DNA from: Lingula anatina
Lineage: Eukaryota; Animalia; Brachiopoda
NCBI GenBank assembly: GCA_051362555.1
Contig: CM120642.1
Coordinates: 15,314,001 to 15,378,000 of the forward strand
Length of the DNA stretch: 64,000 nt
Reading direction: 5' to 3'
The first letter of the stretch is position 1; each line of letters opens with the position of its first letter. This document shows, one piece after another, positions 39,777 through 52,177 of the stretch. The notes under the pieces were generated by a model. It ran no database searches, was not told where the DNA came from, and worked only from the letters and a program-made list of their open reading frames with translations. The translations under genes and the position numbers were made by a program.

Positions 39777-41975
39777 AAGAAGCAAGGATTCTGGAAAAAA
39801 GCCAGGATTGAATGCTGCTAAATGATGATATATTTTATCATTTTGTTCCCTTTGTTATACACTGACACAGTAAGTTTTTGAGAGTTCTGCATTGTGCATT
39901 GCAGCTTCTTAATGGCTGGACCTTCACAATGCGTGGTTTCTTTCAAAGGAACCGAATGCCAGCAGGTGCTACAAAGTGGTCCTAACAAATTGCATACATG
40001 TATATGATCTGCTTGATTTTTAACTGTAAACCAGCAGTATAAACATGGTGGTGGCTGAACGCATTGTCTTATACTGAGGACTTACTAGTACACGTAATAT
40101 AAGAAGGAAAATTTGCGGTTGTTTTTTCTTGTGAAATTGCTCTAAATTATACCACATTGTGTCTCAGTTTTATGTGATAATTTATCAATATGCAAGTACA
40201 GTCAGAAGGTTCTTGTTGTTAGTTTACAAATTTAAGCCAGTTTGTATTAATCTGTGAAAATTTGAACATTTGTCTCATTACTAAGGGAACTTTGAGGTTA
40301 GACCAAGTTGTAATATAAAGGTGCAGAACCTTACATTCGAAGTATATGTGTAGATTTTACTTTTTTTCCCCAACACGTTTGTGTAGGTGAGTTGAATTAA
40401 ACACTGTTAGCACTTGTAGAGCATAAATCCGGGTGAACAACCTAACCTGTTGTTTCGAAGCCCCTTTGGGGGTCATCTTTAGTTATTTATTTTAAAACTT
40501 GAATTGAGCAGCAGGTTGTCCTACCGCTTGAAAAGATTATCTCTAAGAATCAAAAGTGGTCAAAATTATAATGGTGATATTTGCATACTGCAGTCAAGAG
40601 CTTTTTCCACAGAAATATGGAATTCTCCATTTTTTAATTCAGTTGTGTGCGATTGTTCCCCAGATTCATCAAGATCTGCAATAAAATGATAAATGTTCAG
40701 TTTTTTTTTTTATCCTAGGCTCATGTTCAATAATGTGTTGGTTACTTATCAATATGCTATTTATTTATTTATTTATCTGCTTGTTGTCATTGAAACATTG
40801 TGTATTTGTAAGTGCCAAACATTCCTGTGCGTGTGTTTAAGTTAAAAGTTCTGAAGGTCAGTTGACAAGTTTATATTATTTAGAACATGCCTCTGTATAA
40901 CTTCTGGCATAACAGTTAACAGTAGAGCTTTCTAGTATCTGTGTTTAAAACTGGTTAATTTGCTTTATGTCAATTTTGGTTATTTTCAAAAAAAGAAAAA
41001 GGAAAAAGTGCTTTCTGACTAGGTAATATATTCATGTTCCTGATATAGCTTTATGGTAGATAGATAGAAATAAATCTAATAGAACTTATTATTTACATTT
41101 TAAGACTTTGTGGACTTATGTTTGTCAAAATACCTCATCGAGTTTATGATTGTTTTATTTTCTAAATTATATGATGACTCGAGTAAAACAACCTTCAATC
41201 TTTCAAGCAAAGTAGGCCTACTGATACTCATCGAAATTGCCATCCAAAATGTGGCACAAAAAAATCCATCATAAACGATAATTTTTTTTAATGAGGAAAA
41301 CTGTGAACTTGGCATTACACAAAGGAAAATTGAGACGTAAATTCGCACTTGCATGCCTTTGCAGGTGCACCTACGCAGCTGCCAGCACAGGATAATTCCA
41401 AGAACAAACAAAAACAGTTTTTGATGATAGATTCAAAAGTTTCTATAACGATTGTAATCGATTTAAGTGGAGGCTAGGCCCCAGAAATGCTGATTGTGCC
41501 CCCCGTTGTTGAAATGCCAACACACCAACCCAGTTTTGCCCATTGTCCTGGGTTTGGAGGAGCTGTGTATGGAAGCTTTCACTCCAACTTTCGTAATTAA
41601 ACATTTTAGTTTTTTTAAAGATTCTGGATAATCTGTTTTTTCCCTATAACAGTATTTAATTAACAAATTGTGGTACCATTCCTCCACATTGGGTTATAAC
41701 CTGTAAGCGCGGGTCTCAGATAACGCATCTAAGGAATCATCTGTTGGATCGCCCTACGTAAGCTTCCAAGTCAAAATATTAACCAAACTCATAAAAATAC
41801 TAGTAAATTACCCGTCGTTTATGTGGGACATTCGGGAATAAATGTTTCCTTAATTCCACTGTATTTGGCATTATTGGAGTGTAACTTTTGGATATAACAG
41901 TAATTAAATTAGCTCCGATTTAAACAAACAACTTATACAACAATCATGAACTACATGTTTCTCCCTGGATTCCAA

Positions 41976-43030
41976 CCAGTCGGGTTTTAATTCAATGTTT
42001 CAAACGTTATAACGCGTCTTACGTAGAGTGATAATCTTTTACTCTGGATTTCTGAAATATTGTCGCCAGAAAAATGAAGTAAGAATTCAGCCCGTCCAAG
42101 GTTTGTGAAATGTGCAATTTACGTTCATCGACGCTTGCATCATGTCAAACGGATCATATTTTATACGTCATTTCAAAGAACCAACGTGCTGAAATGAAAG
42201 AAAACGCGGTATTTACACGACCCGGTCTCGAAAGTCACTTGAGGCCAGAGAGTGGACAGTGACCAGTCGGATTTTAATTCAATGTTGCAAACGTCCACTT
42301 TTTATTTATACGGAGCGTGATAATCTTTAGCTCTTTCACAATGGATTTCTAAAAAATAGTCGCCAGAAAAATGAAGTATGAAATCAAACCGTCAAAGGTT
42401 TGTGAAATGTGTGGTGCAATTTACGTTCATCGACGCTGGCATCGACCTCGCTCGACCTCGGCTCTCCTCGATGTGAATGATCTTTTATACGTCATTGGAA
42501 AGAACCAACGTGCTGAAAAGAAAAAAGCACGTGGTATTTAGACCTGCCGGTACATAACCCGGTCTCGAAAGTCACTTGAAAGTTGACTTAGACTGTGACC
42601 CGGTGCCGTGGCGTGACCTTTTGGAAGGTCAAACAACCCGGTCTCGAAAGTAACTTGAGGCCAGAAAGTGGACAGTGACCAGTCGGATTTTAATTCAATG
42701 TTTCAAACGTCCTCTTTTTATTTATACGTAGCGTGATAATCTTCAGCTCTTTCACAATGGATTTCTGAAAAAATAGTCGCCAGAAAAATGAAGTAAGAAT
42801 TCAGCCCGTCCAAGGTTTGTGAAATGTGTGGTGCAATTTACGTTCATCGATGCTTGCATCATGTCAAACGTATCATGTTTTATACGTCTTTACAAAGAAC
42901 CGACGTGCTGAAAAGAAAGAAAGCACGTGGTATTTACATAACCCGGTCTCGAAAGTCACTTGTTGAGGCCAGAAGGTGTACTTAGAGTAAGACTGTGACC
43001 TGTGGTGACCTTTTGGCAGATCAAACAGTC
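41976..43030 (+). repeat. Tandem array of three ~290-420-bp units
   Basis: ACCAGTCGG.TTTTAATTCAATGTT.CAAACGT starts at ~41976, ~42262 and ~42678; each unit contains CCCGGTCTCGAAAGTCACTTG. Confidence 0.9.
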
Positions 43031-43460
43031 GCATATGTAACAAAATTAGGTCCCATTCTTTCTGACATATGAAGATATGAATTTCACCTATCACTTGTTT
43101 TCTTACGTTCAAAGAATATAAGCAAAACCTTGTTCACTTTTTATAAGTGCCTAATAAAACTTCTACTGCGATAACGATGTTCATTACCACTTATCTAGAA
43201 GGGGCCCGTCTTGTTCGGCCCATAACCAATCCGACCAATACTATTCATTTTGTTAGAAAAATGTTATTTCTTTTGGTCATAAAATATGAGCTTATCGTCG
43301 TAAAACACTTCATTCAATTATATTCCTGATGGATAATTTTGAAAAAGAATTTTTGATGTCTTTGTAAAATCTCAGTCTTTTTGTATCTTCCACTCTGTCA
43401 AATATATCTTAATCATCCTACAGGTCAGCGTCTAGATATGAACACTAGACCAAAGAGATA

Positions 43461-43536
43461 CAGGGTGGTCCATGAAAAACAAACCTATTTTAAATCGATA
43501 TGGAAAGAAAAATAGGTCATTTTATTGACCACCCTG
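43461..43536. mobile_element. 76-bp Tc1/mariner-like MITE remnant
   Basis: ta-CAGGGTGGTC ... GACCACCCTG. Confidence 0.55.
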
Positions 43537-43599
43537 TTTTTTAAAAACTTTTTGATCGCTTACACACAGTTCTTGGTTCCGATTAAAAATTATTAGACC

Positions 43600-44230
43600 A
43601 GCAGGGTCGATCTATCTCTGCAGGAATTCTCACTTGGGTGCACTGATTGTAATCAGTAAGATTGTTTGCTAGATCAATTATAGAAGAGAAAAAGCAGAGG
43701 ACCGAGAATGTTGCCTTGTGGAACACTAGTATTGATATGATTCTTTGGAACATTCGGATAGCGTACCATCAATACGGACCTTCACTTTTCTATCGCTCAA
43801 ATAAGAAGATAATAGTGACAGTAGATTGCCTTTAATACCATAGACTGACTGCCTATATAGTAATAAAATATGCGGAACTTTATCAAATTTTGAATTGCCA
43901 GTAATTGGTGTTCGGTGCTATTACACTTAAGAATCCGAGATTGCTTTTCAAATAGTAGATTACCATTAACTACATGATTAATCATCCTTTTTTATATAAT
44001 TTTTTCCAATATTTTCGATAACACGCTCAGAAGTAAAACTGGTCTATAGTTATCAATGCAACTTCTTTCACTTTTCTTATAAATCGGGAAAATAAACGCC
44101 ATTTTCCGCAAGTCTGTGTATATAGTGTTACTTTGAATTATATACTTAAATAAAATACATAATGGTTTCACAACAACGTCTTTGCTAAGTTTTTACATAT
44201 TTATCGTCACAGAGTCCGGAATTATAATTA
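43600..44230 (-). mobile_element. Degenerate LINE reverse-transcriptase fragment (CR1/L2-like)
   Basis: Minus-strand remnants IFPIYKK..IDNYRPVLLLSVLSKILEKII and SVPQGNILGPLLF, interrupted by stops and frameshifts. Confidence 0.8.
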
Positions 44231-45366
44231 GACTATTTAAGTGTCGTTTGTCAATTTGCTATATCAACTAAATTTATAAGTGAAAATGAATAAAAAATTT
44301 AATACTGTGGAATGGGGAAATAGGAATATAACAAAGCTTCCTTAACCTACTGAAAATCCTTGATCCACCCAAATGTTGTTTCTGTAAATGTATTTATATT
44401 AGTATTTGTTATTTCAACAGAAATCTTTAAAGATATGGATATTAAAATATCCATGGATTTTCCCGGTGTTATGGTAACCTAATAATTTTTAAATATATTT
44501 TTCAGGCTGTTGCACCGTTCATAAAATATTGCTTTAGAAATATGCAACCGATCACCGACAATGGAATAATCTGCTCTTGAAGGAATCACTCCGTCATTGT
44601 TTTGACGTTTCTAATTCATGATGTTTAAATGCTTTGATTAGTCGGGACATCCTTGACGGTCTTCCTCCGACCCGACCTCTCCCTCTCCTGATCAACTAGT
44701 CTAGCACTTCCCGCATATATCACCCCGTGCCTATGCCCCCCTTCCCTGTTGCTCTCATTAATATTAATATTAGTATTAGTATTGGTATTACAATTATTAT
44801 TACTTTCATATAATCTTTATCATTTCATTTATTTATCATTAGTTAAAAATAACGCAGGCAAGCACATAATGCTGCGGCGACTTGCCGCCTGCTTTTGAAT
44901 TTATTTATTTTGTATATTTGTTTATCTTTATTATAGAAATAAATCTGTTTAAAAATATAATTAAACGATAAGCTTTATTAAAAAGTGAATATCAAATACG
45001 TTCTGTTTTTATTTTTCTGATATATTTATTCATTTTTAAATGTTGATTCCATTTGATCAAATAATATGAAGTTGTAAAACAACTTGCTATGGTTCAGAGA
45101 TATATTTTTTCATATTTTCACATGCTTTAGTATGAAGATAAAATGTGTATCTGGCCAGTTAGTCTTGGCGGTAAGCTTTATGTTTTTGAAAGTCTCACAT
45201 GCAAGGCAAATATTTTTTTAATATAAAAAGAAAATATATAACTGCAAAATAATACGATACTATTATGAGTTTAACCAGGTGTGACTGGAATAGTAGTCTG
45301 CTAGGAACCGTAATCCGTTCCCCATTACTTCGTACAGGCGACATTAGCCCCACATAGGAACCTAAC

Positions 45367-45580
45367 ACCCCATTTCCATAGATTAGATCGACCTACTTTG
45401 GATCGACCTAACTCCCTGGGGTTTCGCGCTGAATAGCTGTCAGCCGGGCGGACACGAAAGTTAATTACCCCTTATAGCTTGTAGTAGGCGGGGACGGACA
45501 CTTAAGGCGGATTATCTGATAGTAATCTAGTGAGACTCCCCGCGGTGATAGATCGATCTAAAAGTTGTGAGAACAGAGCC
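45367..45580. mobile_element. MITE, same family as 32833-33057 (copy 2)
   Basis: Shares GACCTAACTCCCTGGGG, AGTTAATTACCCC, TAGTAGGCGGG and GATAGATCGATCTAAAA. Confidence 0.75.
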
Positions 45581-45694
45581 TTATACTCGGCCTAACCCTA
45601 ATCTGTTCTAATCATGGGGGGCTCGGACTTTCATTCCTAGGATTATCATTCCTGTTACACCAGTTAAGCAGATGATTCCGCATTTCCTAGAGGA

Positions 45695-45772
45695 AGATAG
45701 ATGGATGATAGATAGATAGATAGATAGAAAGATAGATAGATAGATAGATAAAAAGATAGATAGATAGCTAGA
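45695..45772 (+). repeat. (GATA)n microsatellite
   Basis: Direct reading. Confidence 0.9.
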
Positions 45773-46298
45773 TGAACTTGCATTTAATTTGCCATTTTTC
45801 GTAAATATTACATAGGAGCATAAATCATTAATGAAACTCATGGTTTATGTACAAAAACAATTAAATATATATGTAGTGTAAAGTGGTTCATCGTACATTA
45901 CGAATATACATAACATTTACTCGAAAACAAATTTATATGTTTCTTAAAAAGAAATTCCCATTATCAGAGAATGCCATTTTGCAGACAGATTAATATCTAA
46001 GCTGTTTTCGCTTTAATGAAACAATGTTCCTGTATAAGGAACTGCACAGTCAATAATACACTTTTCAAGAAATACTGAATATATAGAGTATATCTGTATG
46101 GAAAACGCGAGTCGTAACGTTTTACATTCCTTTTAAGTCAGCATATAGCGTAAAACTATTCACTGTCTTTCATTCAATAGTTTTTAAATTCTTTTCACAA
46201 AAAGTTTACAATAGTTTTTCATGCGTTTGCCGTGATGTGGTGTCAGTCAAAAAGGCTTCATCTTCTGAGCCTCGTTTGGAAACTAGAACTGCACGATG

Positions 46299-47480
46299 TT
46301 AAAGCTGTGTGTCCTGGTGTGAATATGCCGGAGGATTCCCGAGACTGCTGGGACCACTTGGAGCCTTAGAATAGAAAAAAAATTAACCATGAATTCAAAA
46401 TTATTAACTTTCCTTGATAGATAGCCATCAGCTACATTCGTCTACAGAAATGTACCTAATCCGTTCCATCAATTATCTGAAAATATACGTCCCGGTGAAA
46501 AAATAGTCTAATTATTTTAAAAGGCACTCTTTAAAAAAGCAACGACCCTAGCGAAGTCCGTCGCTTTCCTTAATCAATAAAAAGTGGATCGTTTCTTTAT
46601 CTGTGCTTTATTTTCAATTGGTCTTTTGTCAATGAATCGCTGTTATTAAATTCATTTAAAGTTTTCCCTCAAATAACAGTGAAGATGCGAATGCCAGTTT
46701 AGTAATAGCTGCGCGCTCATTTTTCGACTAAATAAGTTAAATTATATATGGGAGAGCAAAGTTTATTACCCTTTATAGAGCACAATCATTTTGGGTTAAA
46801 GAAAACATTGGACAAGCCTAATAGGGAACTACCACAAAATGTTCTATTTAATTGCAAAACTTATTACTTCAAACTTTATTCAAAATTAGCCAAAGAATGC
46901 CAATATTCGAATTTAACCTGACTTGAAGCAAATAAACTCCCCTCTTGACGAAAATACGGATTGGCATTTAAAGAAAAAAGGTCGCAAGAGTAAAATACGT
47001 AGAAATAATTCGTATAAATAAAATACGTAGAAATAATTCGATAGTGCTCATTTTCGAACTCCACCTGTATATTTAATAAACATAGTAATTCAGTAAATTT
47101 AAAGTAAAACCATTAAATGATGAAACATTGTGTCGGCCAACATCGCCATGGACAGACACGGGCTATAAGAATATAAACATATTATTATTATCATCGTAAA
47201 AACCAGTGTTTGGGAGTTAATATGTTTCGGAGTTTTTTTCAAGAAGTGCCGACATCACAGATTTGTGCTTTTTATAAGGCCCTTCACATTTTATAACAAA
47301 CCGCACGTGAGGTGTACAACCATGCTCCTGAGTAACGCATACCTTGAACGAAAAACGTGCCAGTTAGGTAAGTATTTGGGTCAGGTCATCGCAGTGAACT
47401 CAAAGGCGAAGTCTAGTGCAACCTGTTCAGGTGAACAACACTGACATACTCGCACACATAACAATAATAACAATAGCAAC

Positions 47481-47520
<40 letters not shown>

Positions 47521-49205
47521 GTTATTATTGTAAAAAGAAAGGAAACAAATCCGGTTAACTTATTAGACTTTTTGTAGCATTTACACCTACTGAATGCTGA
47601 CAGTTATTATATTGGTATATTGTCATGCAGACCTAGCTGTGGAGTTTGATGAGTCCCAGAACTGACCCACAGCGATAAATATGGGCCACTAAGGAGGGTA
47701 CAGGGACATTGAATGGGTAGCAGCCAAACTTTGTTGCATAAATGTGTGTAAGTCAGTTTTAAAGCTATGACCTAGTTAGGTCAGTAGTTTATATAAGAAA
47801 AAAAATTCATGGGACTTACACAAGTAGTGTCTTATTTCGGTTACTTTGTAAGGTATTAGAGGCGCCCGTAAACGATTATTATTATTATTTGGTGAGGCAG
47901 ATCAACTTAACAAAATAGACGAGCACAACTTACTAACTGTGCTTTTCTGAAACTACAGAATACGTAACTGCACCTAACCTAGCTTGAACTTGAACTTCAA
48001 GAAGATCTCGTCTCCAGTGAACCAACCTAAAAAGAATCACTCAAAATTCTTAAGTGTCCTGTGAAACTCATACCTCGACCACATCGGCTCCAGAGGGCGG
48101 TCCGCATTTCTCGCTGGGAACGGAACAAAGCACCTCGGACCAGTCTCGGTCGCGGTTTTGTTGCATCATCCTGTCTAAGTACTCTCTCTCAGACTTTTGG
48201 GCCTCCATGCGCTTTGCAGCCCATCTTTCGGAGCGTTTCTAAAAGGGCAATTTATCTTTTTAAATGTCTTAGTTACTGTAGAGCGTAACTTCATGAAAAC
48301 ATGACAGTATTCTTCTTGCCTGGTCTTTGACAGTAATCATCCATTTTATATAATTTTGTAAAGTTCATTCTCTAGAACTACGATTTATATCAGTTAAATA
48401 ATTATAACGACTATTACTTGTACGACCTTAAAAGTCTTTTCACGAAGACTTCGGCTGACCCGTGACGACACAACGGACGCAATTACCCAAATAACCTGAC
48501 AAAACATCACTTTACACTTTCTGGGTGTCTTAAAGTCTTCAAAACATTTTTTGGTGGAGTATTTATTCATATACCTCTAATTTCTCGGCTTTTGTCGGAT
48601 TTCCAGCCATAACTTTGGCTATAGCTTTCTCGTGCAACCTCTGCTCTCTCTTGCTGGCTTTCAACTGAATCTGAAACGACCAATTTTGCATTGTTGGACT
48701 TTTATCATGACCGCATCCATTGCAGAAAACAGTAATAAGAACATAAATCGCTTTATATTACTCGCGTGAACACAGGTTTCTCTCAGAACCGGAAAAATGT
48801 GTATGAATACTAAGCATTTGTTTAAAGCATCACGGCTAGGAGGGTACCAGCCACCGTCAGAGTAAAAAAGTTTTTTGGAACAAAACAATAGAAATGGTAG
48901 AAGAACATAAATGATAAGTATATACCAGTGGCAGTGGCATTAGTGCGACCTGGTATTGCTTAGGGGAGTGGGAGTACTTAGGGCACCTAAACCCCGCCCT
49001 GTTTCCTGAGTTTCTCTAATAGTATTTTTGATTTATCTAAAGTGTCTGATGCGTAGGCTACTGTAGCCTACGCCTTTTTCGCAAAACAGAAAATGTTCGA
49101 GCGTATTCAAAATTCAGATTCAATTCTTCACTACAGGCCTACCTTTTGAGACTTCCTCAGTTGAAGCAGCAGATGTTCAGCGGCTACACGTTGTTTAAGA
49201 GTCAT
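46299..49205 (-). CDS. Uncharacterised small basic/helical protein (~129 aa) with C-terminal PPAY and class I PDZ-binding motif. Exons 49205 (acceptor 49232)-49143, 48670-48575, 48238-48074, 46364-46299
   Basis: Four stop-free exons joined in phase 0 with canonical splice sites: MTLKQRVAAEHLLLQLRKSQK|IQLKASKREQRLHEKAIAKVMAGNPTKAEKLE|KRSERWAAKRMEAQKSEREYLDRMMQQNRDRDWSEVLCSVPSEKCGPPSGADVVE|APSGPSSLGNPPAYSHQDTQL*. The N-terminus may extend upstream. Confidence 0.65.
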
Positions 49206-49650
49206 CTTGTTCCCGAGGATGCTCGCGCCCAACTGAAGAGGTTCACGGTGTTGGAATGACGTTCACACCCAAAAACATAACACTCATCAGAATATGAGCC
49301 TCGATAACTATATACACTCTACTTATGTAAGTTGCTTTGCCTTGACCCTACCTTGGCGCGAAGGTAACTCCAGGTCAGTCGTCCATGTAGGCTTTGGAGC
49401 ATTATTTGAATGACGTGAACCGTAATCCATGCAGTTGATTGGGTGGTGCAATGAGCAAGGTAGCTCAATGGGTGGTGCTACAGAGTGAGAGGAGAACAGT
49501 GTGGACTTGGAGAGCATTGTTAATGAGAGCACTTTTCACTCCGTTTTTAGTTTGGTTTAAAATCCTTACAAAGCAACAAGTGCTTTTTAAATTTTTAAAG
49601 GCAATTGGTAGTGTTTGGAGAGCTTTTACTTTTGGCTGTTTTTTGTTTTA

Positions 49651-49907
49651 GGCTTCGTTCACATGCAATGTCTATTTTCTAAATTCTATTTTCTATTTGC
49701 GGTATGTCTTATGATCACGGTCTGTGGCCTGAATATCCCGCGGCGTAATTACTGGCAGCGCGAGCCAGTTACTATAAGTTACTATAAGTAACTGGCTCGC
49801 GCTGCCAGTAATTACGCGGCGGGATATTCAGGGCACAGACTGTGATCATAAGATAGCGCGAATAGAAAATAGAATTTAGAAAATAGACATTGCATGTGAA
49901 CGAAGCC
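49651..49907. mobile_element. Palindromic PIF/Harbinger (Tourist-like) MITE, copy A
   Basis: tta-GGCTTCGTTCAC...GTGAACGAAGCC-tta; the whole element is an inverted repeat. Confidence 0.9.
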
Positions 49908-50489
49908 TTAGCACATTTTAAGCACATTTTCCTTTTAATAATATGTAGGTTTTTTCAATTTTTTTTCGCACTTAAAAAATTAAAAGACTTTATATTACAT
50001 TTTTAGAGCTCAGATAGAGACAAATTTGAATAAGTTGTAAAACAGTATATATAGTTGGAAAAGATGTACATCGAGATAGTGCATGTGCGTGCGAGAACTT
50101 GAAGGCGCTTCCGTGGACCTTTAATTTGACGCCGGAAAATATCAAGAGTATCAGGGATGATTAACCGGTACTATTTTACTTTGGTGGGAATGGTGGCTAA
50201 CTACGGTAGTTAGCCACCAAAGTAAAAAAAAGTGGGGAGGAATATCTCTACCAGGGCCACAGATTGATTTTTCCACTACATGATTACAGATGTGCATGGC
50301 AAATTCATGACATACTTAACTAGAGACGTTTCTGTTAATATCTAGTGAAACATTAATCTGTGACCTTGGTAGAAGGTAGGGAAAACGGATATTGTGATTA
50401 ATGGGAATGCGGCTCGGTAAAGTGACCAATTCAACCTTGGATAAATCTGCAGTAGTCCACAAAAAAAGTGTAGCCGCTGGTCTAAAATA

Positions 50490-50712
50490 AGGGACCATTC
50501 CCAGGCCCTATCGTACGAACTGAGGATTGCTCTTTCTCCAAGGGGGTTCACGCTAAATTGTTCTGAACTTAAGCGACTTAGATGTCTGTCACGCCCTATG
50601 AAGCTGCTAGGGGGTACTTAATTATCGTTAAGCAGCTCATTAGGCGTGCCAGACATCTAAGCTGCTTAAGCTGAAAGCCATTCAGCCGGAAACCCCTTGA
50701 TGATGGATCGAC
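50490..50712. mobile_element. Diverged relative of the 32833/45367 MITE family
   Basis: Shares GGGGGTTCA.GCTAAATTG, CTTAAG, TAATTA and CTAAGCTG motifs. Confidence 0.5.
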
Positions 50713-50773
50713 CAGTCGTCATTGTCGTAACTATGGTTCTGTTGTTTTGCATGGGCATCGTGTGTTGGGCTTA

Positions 50774-51018
50774 GGCTTCGTTCACATGCAATGTCTATTT
50801 TCTATTTTCTATTTTCGGTATGTCTTATGATCACGGTCTGTGCACTGAATATCCCGCGGCGTAATTACTGGCAGCGCGAGCCAGTTACTATAAGTTACTA
50901 TAAGTAACTGGCTCGCGCTGCCAGTAATTACGCCGCGGGATATTCAGTGCACAGACCGTGATCATAAGACATACCGAAAATAGAAAATAGAAAATAGACA
51001 TTGCATGTGAACGAAGCC
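50774..51018. mobile_element. Palindromic PIF/Harbinger (Tourist-like) MITE, copy B
   Basis: Same termini and TTA TSD as copy A; the arms are almost perfectly complementary. Confidence 0.9.
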
Positions 51019-52177
51019 TTAGTGATCGGCACACCAGGTGTCCCACATTGTGGTAGAGATGACATGCAAAACAATATTTCACCTCCATTCAATTCCAATA
51101 TTCAATGGCATCGATTGCGCTTCGAGTCAGCGTTCGTTATCCCCCTCTCGATAACCACTATAAAATGAATTTGATAGTACACGGGAAAAGTGGATGGCAT
51201 ATTTCAGCTCGTACATCATACAGGATTGTATTCCTTTAATTTCAGAACCGACTTTACCTAATTTTGCTCAGCTTTGTTGTAATCAAGTGACACCGCATCA
51301 TAATGAAACCAAACATAAATTTAAAGTCAATATTTATAATATTGTGTACAATTTTATTTGCAATAAGTACAACATATATGTTCTACAACTTTTTTTGAGA
51401 AGAAAAAATCCACAATCCTAGAATCCTTTTCAAAAGGTACTGAAGACAAAGATTAACATTAAGCTAAGACAATGGCAAGTCTCCATTTCAAATGGATGTT
51501 TCCAATTCACAGCAATAAAAAAATTCAGGAAGCTTGTTAAATTGATTTTATCATAATTAATTTCAATACATCCCATAGGCAAGTCTTAATCTGTCACTTT
51601 GTAGGAATTGACAATAACAAGAGAAAGTAACATTCAAGACAGACATTCATGCAATTAACAAATCTAATTTCAGCTGTATGGAGAAATAATACGCCTTAAA
51701 AATCCATACATTTTTTAGGAACTGTGAAAGCACTCAGAAAGTGTGTGGCTCCACCAAGGCAGGTAATTTCTAAGCATTTCCCTGGCAGTGGTAATAATTG
51801 CTCGTGTGGCACATAATGCTTGTGCTGCAGGTCACATTTTATGTGAATTACGTATTCATCTATTAAAATTTCTAACATCCCTTTTGTTTAAAAAAAATTT
51901 CTCGTGGTATGTTGTGGTCAAAGTATCTGGCCCTTATTTCAACAAGTGCCTTTTTTCTTATCAAATTTAACTAAGAATACTCTTGCTGATGTCAGGAAAT
52001 CAGTGTTAAATTGCCTACCCCCATCACGCCTTAAAATTCAAAGTTAATGAATATCAATCTAATGACAACATTTAGATTATTCCTGGTTAAATAAGACCAG
52101 TTTTAAATGAGTCTTTCCTGTCTGTTTTATACCAAAAACTTTCATGTCAGTTCAATTGTAGTCCCAGCACTCCAGTG

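Noticed and set aside
41976-43030. CRISPR-like repeat array
   Set aside because: The intervening sequences are also repeated, the units are ~300-400 bp, the context is eukaryotic and there are no cas genes
47343-47422. Candidate extra minus-strand exon of the orphan gene
   Set aside because: Good splice sites, but it carries an in-frame TGA in the required phase 0
49770-49792. MITE centre resembling a homing-endonuclease (I-CeuI) site or vector sequence
   Set aside because: Only ACTATAA is shared; it is a 10-bp tandem spacer present in both genomic copies
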